IMG/VR virus record: IMGVR_UViG_3300025381_000085 | Span: 1-27,956 of that record | Reading direction: 5' to 3' (one strand) | DNA from: a virus | Taxonomy: Duplodnaviria > Caudoviricetes | DNA: 27,956 nt | Part shown: piece by piece, positions 1 through 7,052 of the stretch | How the letters are laid out: the number at the start of each line of letters is the position of its first letter | Numbering within the stretch: position 1 is the first letter of the stretch | Translations under genes and position numbers: made by a program | Notes under the pieces: model-generated | The model's database searches: none | What the model was told of the DNA's origin: nothing | The model's input: only the letters and a program-made list of their open reading frames with translations

Positions 1-26
1 TTTTGTAACAATGCGTATGCGTTCAT
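1..26 (-). CDS. Possible 5' fragment of the next operon gene (MNAYALLQ...), running off the window edge
   Basis: ATG at 26-24, 8 nt after the TAG at 37-35, open to the edge. Only 8 codons are visible. Confidence 0.35.
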
Positions 27-34
27 TTATCGGC

Positions 35-1699
35 CTAAAAATTTATTGCTTGCTTGCATGTGTTTTTTTGCCGATCAAATGATAAAAGGGCATTGCTTTT
101 CTGAGTTGGTACAGCAAAATCATGATAAACGGCAAGCGGGTCAGTTGTGCTGCCTTGCAGTTCAAAGAACATAAACAAATCATTTCCACAATCAAATGCG
201 TCAGCCAAATAATTTTTCACCAAGTTACCCATGCGTTGGTCATTATTTGCCAGTTCTGGTATGGCTTGGTTTGTTAGTGCGCTAACATCCGGGCCGCCTT
301 CGTAACTTATATTCTTAAGTTGGGCATAGTTGGCAAGGCTTTGGTAAGTTATTCCGGTATATAGTGGGTAGACCCCGCTATAAGCCGGTGTACCTGAAAA
401 ACCAGGCACCACGTTGTTTGCCCCTCCCAGTATTGACGTAAAAAAACTGTTCACATCTGTGTAGCTTGAAGTTATGCCAAAATACGGCGCACTGGCTATG
501 GCGTAAAGGTAATTTTTCGGTGTGCCAAATACCTTATACAGGTACTCTAAACCATCTTCAGCATAGAACGGTGACTGGTAGCTATTGGCATAGACAGGTC
601 TGATGGTGGTGTTGATGGCGGATGGACCATAAACACCTGCAAACAGTTGGCTAATGCGTAAAGTCTGGTGCGCTATACGGCGCATAGCCCAATACATCGG
701 GTCATTGATACTGTCGTAGTTTAAAGTCTTATCAGCACCAGAATTTACTTCAGAGCTGGCCGAACTGTAGTTTGCGGCTGCCTGGGTAAAACGAGTGTTC
801 CAAAGCTCATTACTATATTCAACATAAACATGAATATTTGAATTAAGATTATTCTTCAATAAAGTAGCCAACTGGGTCACATAGTTACTGCTGGTTGGGT
901 CGGTCAAGTCCACGCCTTCAGGGATATTGATCCAAATGTCTTTATTGGTCTGGTTAGCCAGTTGGATAATATATTCCCAAGATACACCCGACAAAATAGC
1001 CTTGCTGCCTACCCCGTTTACTGTGTTGAGTTTTTGTGACGGCATGTATTGTGGGGTTCTTTCCGACCAACTACTAACAACACTGCCATTAGTGTCCAGC
1101 ATGGCCATAAAACGGATAGTGCTGAAAGACTGTAGTGCAGTTAAAAACTGGGTAGTAAACACTTGTGTAGTGCCAAGTGCATAGCCAGGACGCAACAATT
1201 GGATATTAGTTAAACCAGTGTTTGTAGCACTTGTTGCAGTCCGTTTTGTGCCGGTAAATTCAACATCAATCTGCACACACGTGGTATCGACATTAAGTTG
1301 AGCCGTTGTCGTGTTTGTTATCGAATTATAAATTTTGTTGGTGAACTTATTGCACCCTTGTGAACCTAATGTCGCTTGCCCATTAAAGCTTAGCGTGTAC
1401 GTTCCAAAAAAGCTGGGGTTGGTTTGGCTAAGCGGACGGTTTAACGGGTCTGTACCAAAGCTGGCAAAGAACACACCGAAATCCTGCATGGGCCAGCCTT
1501 TGCTATCCACTGGCGCAGGGTTTGTCAGCGGGTTTGCCGGGTTTGTTAAATTGGCGAAACCACGGGCTTGCTTCATTGTATCCACAAACGTGTAGTCGCA
1601 ACACCAATCACACGCACCCTGAATATTTATGCCTAATTTTGTTTCTGCAAAAGAAACATTAAAAAATAAACATACAATTAAAGTTGCTATTGTTCTCAT
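35..1699 (-). CDS. Predicted exported clan GH-A (TIM-barrel) glycoside hydrolase-like protein, 554 aa
   Basis: N-terminus MRTIATLIVCLFFNVSFA-E resembles a Sec signal peptide (basic residue, hydrophobic core, S-F-A cleavage site). VYVEYSNELWN gives a putative acid/base Glu (806-808) and ISYEGG a putative nucleophile Glu (299-301). Its ATG overlaps the holin TGA. Confidence 0.72.
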   Translation of the reverse strand: MRTIATLIVCLFFNVSFAETKLGINIQGACDWCCDYTFVDTMKQARGFANLTNPANPLTNPAPVDSKGWPMQDFGVFFASFGTDPLNRPLSQTNPSFFGTYTLSFNGQATLGSQGCNKFTNKIYNSITNTTTAQLNVDTTCVQIDVEFTGTKRTATSATNTGLTNIQLLRPGYALGTTQVFTTQFLTALQSFSTIRFMAMLDTNGSVVSSWSERTPQYMPSQKLNTVNGVGSKAILSGVSWEYIIQLANQTNKDIWINIPEGVDLTDPTSSNYVTQLATLLKNNLNSNIHVYVEYSNELWNTRFTQAAANYSSASSEVNSGADKTLNYDSINDPMYWAMRRIAHQTLRISQLFAGVYGPSAINTTIRPVYANSYQSPFYAEDGLEYLYKVFGTPKNYLYAIASAPYFGITSSYTDVNSFFTSILGGANNVVPGFSGTPAYSGVYPLYTGITYQSLANYAQLKNISYEGGPDVSALTNQAIPELANNDQRMGNLVKNYLADAFDCGNDLFMFFELQGSTTDPLAVYHDFAVPTQKSNALLSFDRQKNTCKQAINF

Positions 1700-2121
1700 T
1701 TTGTTAATCCTGTTGTGTCAACGCCCTTGGCCTTATCATAACTACGCGCCAACCCTAACCCCAACATGCCGCCAATCAGTGTTTGCAGCAAGCTGGTGTC
1801 CACTAAAGGGAACGGGGCGGGTATGCCAAAAGAAACCAATATACCGTTCAGGATAGGCGCCAAAAGCACTTGGTAGCCAATCCCCAATCCTGACACCCAA
1901 CCGATAAACGGCCTCCATCCGGCCACAAACCAGTGCGGGTTAGCCGCTTCAGTGTTGTCAACGTCAATTTGCCTTAAAGTAACGGCATACTCGTTTTGCA
2001 TTTCCGTCAAGGCCAACGTCAACTTGTCCTTTTCAGCTTCATCCGCGTCCGGTGCAACCTTGTCCAAAATCTTAGTGATCAGGTTCGCACCAGCCGCTAT
2101 TGCATCATCTATTCCAAACAT
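1696..2121 (-). CDS. Holin, 3-TM family (DUF3154-like)
   Basis: Signature FVAGWRPFIGWV, hydrophobic helices and C-terminal GMLGLGLARSYDKAKG. Start moved to ATG 2121, which has AGGAG just upstream. Confidence 0.85.
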   Translation of the reverse strand: MFGIDDAIAAGANLITKILDKVAPDADEAEKDKLTLALTEMQNEYAVTLRQIDVDNTEAANPHWFVAGWRPFIGWVSGLGIGYQVLLAPILNGILVSFGIPAPFPLVDTSLLQTLIGGMLGLGLARSYDKAKGVDTTGLTK

Positions 2122-2126
2122 AAAAA

Positions 2127-2131
2127 CTCCT
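2127..2131 (-). promoter_or_regulatory. Shine-Dalgarno (AGGAG) of the 3-TM holin, overlapping the upstream TAG stop
   Basis: Minus strand reads tAGGAGtttttATG. Confidence 0.7.
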
Positions 2132-2504
2132 ACCAATTAATTAAACTAACCGATTCAACATCCGTACACGCCCGTATTTCCGCTTTTTTCATTTGTTGGT
2201 GAAAATATAACCCATTGCCACGCATATAGATTGCATTTGCCAACCCTTGCAAATCTGCAAATGTGAACGGCACTTGCGAATTGTCACTTGCTCCCCACAC
2301 AAACCCGTTAATTAGGCTGCCACCACTGCCAATAATGGTTTGCATCATCACAACTAAACTGGCTGGGTCTGCCTGAAACATCTGTGTTACGCCACCTAAA
2401 TTAGTGTATTCAATATCCGCATAAAGCGCATCAAAATAGCATTGGTCAATCAACTCACATTGTGCGGTGACAGCCATCCTTAAATCGTACCAATCAGTAT
2501 CCAT
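2130..2504 (-). CDS. Tail fibre assembly chaperone-like protein (DUF4376-like), copy 2
   Basis: Motifs W..SDNSQVPFTFADLQGLANAI and terminal KAEIRACTDVESVSLINW. ATG 2504 lies just after the upstream TAA. Confidence 0.72.
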   Translation of the reverse strand: MDTDWYDLRMAVTAQCELIDQCYFDALYADIEYTNLGGVTQMFQADPASLVVMMQTIIGSGGSLINGFVWGASDNSQVPFTFADLQGLANAIYMRGNGLYFHQQMKKAEIRACTDVESVSLINW

Positions 2505-2505
2505 A

Positions 2506-4107
2506 TTAAAAAACCAATGATGAACCATCTGTAAAATAAGCAGTTATTGAGCCGCCGTCATACGGGATTAACAATCTTATACAAGTTTTACCTTTTACAA
2601 AATTTATATTGTTGGTTAGCGCATTTTTAACAGTGTCACTTAAATTGTTTATAGCAAACCCGCCAAAATCCCAGCCGTAATAAATTGACTTTATGCATCC
2701 GCAAAGAACTGGCAGTACGATTGCCCGCGTCAAGCGTTGTGTTATTAATCCATCGCTAGCACTAAGCGTTGTGTCTATACCTTGTTCAGTATTCCAAACA
2801 GGTTTGTTAATGCCTGCAAAGGCTAGCCAGCTGAATAAATACTTTAAATAACATACATTTTGATATTCAAAATCCGTAGCAATATATAAATGTTCTGCAA
2901 TAACGTCCACCCAATCTGACACTTGAGTGCCTGAGCCAGTCGTTCCATTATAATAAAATCCAGAAACATCTTTTGCCGTCAATATTTGCGTAACGCGATT
3001 GTACGCCACTTGGCTCGTATAAAGAGCCGGGTGGTTTTCTATGTTTTGCGTCAAATCATTACCCGGCATTGAATAAACATTGGGGTAAAAAAACGACGAA
3101 ACTTGTCCTGATGGTGGCGACAAAATAATTGCATTTGGATTTACTGATTTAATTGCAATATTGGCAACCCGTGCCATTGTTGCCAGATTTTCACGCCAAC
3201 CCGTAAAAAATAAATTGGTTTTTTGGTATGTAAATGTTCCTGTAACACCAGAAACCGTTGTTGCCAAATTGCTGGTTAATGTAACGGTAGTTCCTGATAT
3301 TGATTGCACTATATATTGGGCGCTATTAAGCGACAAATACGCACCGGCCACTATGTTTGTTCCGTTATTTACCGTTAATGAGTTGCTTCCAGCAGTGCCA
3401 GTGCAAGTGCGTGTAAAATAAGGGCTAAACTCTATTTGTTGGTTAGCAATATTAGCTGTCAAATTAGTTGATAACGTCACTACCAAACCTGATACACCAG
3501 TAACCATGCAATTTGCAGGAATACCTAAGGCATTAGGTGACACCAACATCCCCGCAGTTATTAACCCACTGTTAAATGTATTTGCCAATGTTATTGTATT
3601 GCTGCCGCTACTACCTGACAATACAAAAACAACAAACGGGTTTGGCTCATTCCAAACCTCAAAATATTTTATTGTAGGGTATCTGGTTGCAACGGCGATA
3701 CAATAATTAGCCCAATCATTCATGTTTTCCGGTTCGGCACTACCGCCAAGTACATTATACGGGGATAATGCCTCTGCGGGTCTTTTGCTAGCCCACGTTG
3801 GTGTTCCGTAGAGCGTAAATAAAATATCTTTTCCAGCATTCAAATAATAATTTAAAATAGTGTCGGCATTGCTCCATATAAAAACGTTGCTGGCTGTCGG
3901 CTGTATATCCCACCATTTTAAATAACCGCAATCGTGGGTTCTAAAAATCGAATAGGGTATTGTAGGTGCGCTAGTAACGCTTCCATATTGTGCAACTGGG
4001 TAATTAAGGACATTAAACCCAAAAAAATCATTAGACACTGTAACTGATTTATTTACGCCATACATCCCTGTTGATTTGTTTAGATTTTGCGGGACTAAGC
4101 TTGTCAT
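2506..4107 (-). CDS. Clan GH-A (GH39/GH5-like) glycoside hydrolase with an internal fibre-like insertion; putative virion-associated depolymerase
   Basis: Motifs FRTHD..KWWDIQP, FTLYGTPTWAS, YFEVWNEPN (acid/base Glu 3646-3648), IKSVNPNAIILSP, DVIAEHLY and KPVWNTEQG (nucleophile Glu 2785-2787). No signal peptide. Start placed at ATG 4107 (ATGA overlap). Confidence 0.8.
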   Translation of the reverse strand: MTSLVPQNLNKSTGMYGVNKSVTVSNDFFGFNVLNYPVAQYGSVTSAPTIPYSIFRTHDCGYLKWWDIQPTASNVFIWSNADTILNYYLNAGKDILFTLYGTPTWASKRPAEALSPYNVLGGSAEPENMNDWANYCIAVATRYPTIKYFEVWNEPNPFVVFVLSGSSGSNTITLANTFNSGLITAGMLVSPNALGIPANCMVTGVSGLVVTLSTNLTANIANQQIEFSPYFTRTCTGTAGSNSLTVNNGTNIVAGAYLSLNSAQYIVQSISGTTVTLTSNLATTVSGVTGTFTYQKTNLFFTGWRENLATMARVANIAIKSVNPNAIILSPPSGQVSSFFYPNVYSMPGNDLTQNIENHPALYTSQVAYNRVTQILTAKDVSGFYYNGTTGSGTQVSDWVDVIAEHLYIATDFEYQNVCYLKYLFSWLAFAGINKPVWNTEQGIDTTLSASDGLITQRLTRAIVLPVLCGCIKSIYYGWDFGGFAINNLSDTVKNALTNNINFVKGKTCIRLLIPYDGGSITAYFTDGSSLVF

Positions 4108-4895
4108 ACGGTTACATCCACGTATAGCCCTAACAACAATACCCAATCATTTTGTGCAATGGTGGTGTTGCAATTAAAAACAATATTAAATCCATCAGAT
4201 GGTTTAATATAAAGCAAGGGCGATGTGTAAAGCGTTAGTTGTGTATTTTTGGTATATCCGCTAATACCGCCCATAGTGTAAAAGTCCGAGTCTGATACAT
4301 TATTTAAAAAAGAAACTTCAGAAACCATTGCATAGTTAGAATCGGTTACAGCAGTAAATGCACTGTTAAAAAAACAATTATATCCACCAATACCATTAAC
4401 ACCTGTCCCAACACCTAACATGACACCTGTGTTTCTCGCCGTTACCAGACTGCCACCAAGTATCTGCAAAAAGCATTTAGTGGTGACAACGCTACCGGCC
4501 CCCATGGTGTTTGGGGGAATCTGAATAGCCATCGGTATAAACGGCGTTTGCAAACCGACCAACGATACCAATGAAATAGCCGTTGAAACTGTCTGGCTAA
4601 TTGCTGATTGCACTGTAAAGCTGGTGGTGCTGGTGACAACGATATTATTAAACCAACCTGTTACTAAATTGCTGGTGTTTGTTGCGAATTTAAGGAAACA
4701 CCCAACGCCCTTATTGCTGATCCGCGCCGCCGCTGAAGAAGGGATATTGTGCGCCACAGACCCAGTGACGGTTATCGTCGTGCCTGATTGTGTTGCAGTC
4801 CAAGTGCCAGCCCCCAAAAAAGGCGCAAGCAGCCCGTTTACTGTGCTTATGGGTGGCTTAAACTTACCACCGGCAATATTATTGATTTCCTTCAT
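4104..4895 (-). CDS. Putative tail-associated/receptor-binding protein (beta-rich, T/S/G/N-rich), 263 aa
   Basis: Composition, position between a fibre-like gene and the GH gene, and ATGA overlaps at both ends. Confidence 0.55.
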   Translation of the reverse strand: MKEINNIAGGKFKPPISTVNGLLAPFLGAGTWTATQSGTTITVTGSVAHNIPSSAAARISNKGVGCFLKFATNTSNLVTGWFNNIVVTSTTSFTVQSAISQTVSTAISLVSLVGLQTPFIPMAIQIPPNTMGAGSVVTTKCFLQILGGSLVTARNTGVMLGVGTGVNGIGGYNCFFNSAFTAVTDSNYAMVSEVSFLNNVSDSDFYTMGGISGYTKNTQLTLYTSPLLYIKPSDGFNIVFNCNTTIAQNDWVLLLGLYVDVTV

Positions 4896-6019
4896 GACAC
4901 TAACGCCACCGTCACGCCACTGCCAAAAATTGCTCTAATCTGTTTGACCGATTCAGACAAATAAGTGTGCGTATCGTTTGACGCGCCGGACTCTATGTAA
5001 ACAAACGCGCCCGTAACCACGTTTCCCGACGTGTCGGTCGTGTCAATGCTGATATTGCCCGTGCCATTAAAAATCAAACGAAACAAAGACGGTACGGAAT
5101 ACCACACGTTAGATGTTAATGTCACAGCCGGGGCTTGATAATCCGTTGCCGCTATTGCTGCACTAACTGCCGTGCCATCCCCCTTAAGCAATCCAGTTAT
5201 TGTTGTTCCTAACCTGATTGCCGCATTATTCCCAGTGGCTGTTATTGCGCCTGTCAAACCATTTGCAGCCGTTATTGATAATTGGCTAACCAACACGTTT
5301 ATAGGGGCATAAACGGTGCTTAACGCGCTAATTGCGCTGTTTAATGCTGATGTTGTGGCATAACTGGACAATGACGACACAACAGCATTGATTGCTGCCA
5401 CAATGGATGCTGCTGTGTTAGTCAAACCGTTTAACAACCCGACAGCGCTAGTGCCGCCCGACTCAAACACCCCAACGCGCCCGCTTAACGCCGCGTCGGC
5501 ATTTGTCCGATTAGTTGATTCAGTTGCCAGCGCAATGGATGTGGCGGGCGTATAACCAATTTTGGCTATGATTGTGGCGTTTGTTTCATCTCCGGAGTTA
5601 GTGCCAGACAGGTTTGGCGCAATGATATTCCCGGTAAATGTGTCGCCCGCTTTATTGGCGGGCGTATAACCAATTTTGGCTATGATTGTGGCGTTTGTTT
5701 CATCTCCGGAGTTAGTGCCAGACAGGTTTGGCGCAATGATATTCCCGGTAAATGTGTCGCCCGCTTTATTGGCGGGGGTATAGCCTAATGCTGGCTGCCC
5801 ACCAAGTCCAGACAATGTGTAATTTGGCACATTCAAATTGCCGCCGCTAAAAGTGGCTGCACCATTATTGCCGTTAGTGGTTAATGCAACAACCCCAGGC
5901 GGGCCTTGTTCACCTATTGTTATTGCCGTTATTGGATTTACGCCAACAGTTACCGCAACCGGTTGCGGAATCGAAACATAAACAATAACGGTTTCTTGGG
6001 GTTCTATAACATTAGGCAT
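4892..6019 (-). CDS. Secondary tail fibre-like protein with a 38-aa tandem repeat, 375 aa
   Basis: GEQGPPG near the N-terminus, GYTPANKAGDTFTG repeats (a motif typical of phage fibre shafts) and an Ala-rich helical stretch. Confidence 0.7.
   Translation of the reverse strand: MPNVIEPQETVIVYVSIPQPVAVTVGVNPITAITIGEQGPPGVVALTTNGNNGAATFSGGNLNVPNYTLSGLGGQPALGYTPANKAGDTFTGNIIAPNLSGTNSGDETNATIIAKIGYTPANKAGDTFTGNIIAPNLSGTNSGDETNATIIAKIGYTPATSIALATESTNRTNADAALSGRVGVFESGGTSAVGLLNGLTNTAASIVAAINAVVSSLSSYATTSALNSAISALSTVYAPINVLVSQLSITAANGLTGAITATGNNAAIRLGTTITGLLKGDGTAVSAAIAATDYQAPAVTLTSNVWYSVPSLFRLIFNGTGNISIDTTDTSGNVVTGAFVYIESGASNDTHTYLSESVKQIRAIFGSGVTVALVS
5542..5776. repeat. Perfect 114-bp tandem duplication (5542-5655, 5656-5769) plus a 7-bp partial third copy
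   Basis: The two units are identical on base-by-base comparison. They encode 2x GYTPANKAGDTFTGNIIAPNLSGTNSGDETNATIIAKI. Confidence 0.95.
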
Positions 6020-6374
6020 GGGTCACGCCGTCAACAACTGTAACCGTTCCTTGGATAAATCGCGTCACAACGCCACTTGGAAATGTCACCAACAGATCAT
6101 AAAGGTAAGTGCCTGCTGTAATCGCCGCCGTTTGGGATGCTGTCAATACAAGATTTAACGTGCCATTTGTTGGCGTAGGAATGGTTATTTTTCCGTTTGC
6201 CGTGCTAAATTCCAACACGTCCGCACCACTTAGCGTGGCCCTTAGCATCATATCTGCCGTGCAACTTGTTAAATCAATGGGTGTTCCATTACAAAAATCG
6301 CTGGATAATGTAATAGGGACATTGTAACTGGCATATTTTTCAATTGCCGGTAAGTTTATGGTCGCTGCTGGCAT
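6012..6374 (-). CDS. Small beta-sandwich virion adaptor-like protein (BppU N-terminal-like), 120 aa
   Basis: Pattern GTPIDLTSCTA.MMLR...NGKITI...NGTLNLVLTASQTA...YLYDLLVT...VTRFIQGTVTV, typical of phage proteins that precede fibres. Confidence 0.6.
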   Translation of the reverse strand: MPAATINLPAIEKYASYNVPITLSSDFCNGTPIDLTSCTADMMLRATLSGADVLEFSTANGKITIPTPTNGTLNLVLTASQTAAITAGTYLYDLLVTFPSGVVTRFIQGTVTVVDGVTHA

Positions 6375-6375
6375 A

Positions 6376-6567
6376 TTATTTGCCCCTGTTGCGCTTCACA
6401 TTTTCACGGTAATTCAAAAACGTGCAGCTCGTGCTGACAATCGTGCAACCCAAAGCAATCAGCTGTCCGTTGGTCGTCAAAAAATGCTCAGCCGAATCAA
6501 TCAGCACCAGCCATCCAGAAGCCAACGCAGTTATTGCCCAGCCAAAAAAACTATCGTGATTCACCAC
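6376..6567 (-). CDS. Holin-like small membrane protein, 62-63 aa
   Basis: Two hydrophobic segments and a basic C-terminus (YRENVKRNRGK), directly after the fibre chaperone. Tandem GTG GTG starts at 6567/6564; the latter overlaps the upstream TGA. Confidence 0.55.
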   Translation of the reverse strand: MVNHDSFFGWAITALASGWLVLIDSAEHFLTTNGQLIALGCTIVSTSCTFLNYRENVKRNRGK

Positions 6568-7052
6568 ACCACCCCCTGAACCTCAGCAACAGTAGTAGCG
6601 GCCATAATGGCAGCCTGCTGAGTTGCGCTATGCTGAAGTTGAGCTGAGATAAACGCCTCCACATCAATACCCACTTGCTGGATTTGGGCGGCAGTATGGG
6701 ACAACCACCCAGCATCCAATGTTTTGGCCATTGCAGATGTGAAACCGGGCAGCGTCGAACGCAGTACCAGTGCCGTTAAATTCATCTGATCAACCTGTCC
6801 GCTCGGATAAATATGAGCAACGCCCAGTGCTGATGAAGGAATGCCATTGATAATGGCATTCGATGCCGCCGCTTCAATGATTAGGCATTTAGCAATCTGG
6901 GCCTGTGCTAGTGTCGGCGGCGGGTTCTGTATCAACGCCGCCTCCGCATCGGTGATAGCCGTCACACCAGGGGGCAGCCATTGGTCATAATGTTGAGCGT
7001 CGGCTGTATCCAAAAAATAAAGCGCATTATTTGCATCAGTAAAATAAGTCAT
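6561..7052 (-). CDS. Tail fibre assembly chaperone-like protein (DUF4376-like), copy 1
   Basis: Follows the tail fibre. Motifs SSALG..HIYPS...DQMNL, HTAAQIQQVG.D and terminal AATTVAEVQGVVW. Confidence 0.78.
   Translation of the reverse strand: MTYFTDANNALYFLDTADAQHYDQWLPPGVTAITDAEAALIQNPPPTLAQAQIAKCLIIEAAASNAIINGIPSSALGVAHIYPSGQVDQMNLTALVLRSTLPGFTSAMAKTLDAGWLSHTAAQIQQVGIDVEAFISAQLQHSATQQAAIMAATTVAEVQGVVW

Noticed and set aside
1696-2121. Gene transfer agent interpretation based on the 3-TM holin family
   Set aside because: This holin type also occurs in ordinary phages, and the contractile-tail gene set does not match the RcGTA cluster.
5542-5769. 114-bp repeat as a DGR template/variable repeat pair or CRISPR-like array
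   Set aside because: The copies are adjacent, identical and in-frame. There are no adenine-specific mismatches, spacers, reverse transcriptase or cas genes.
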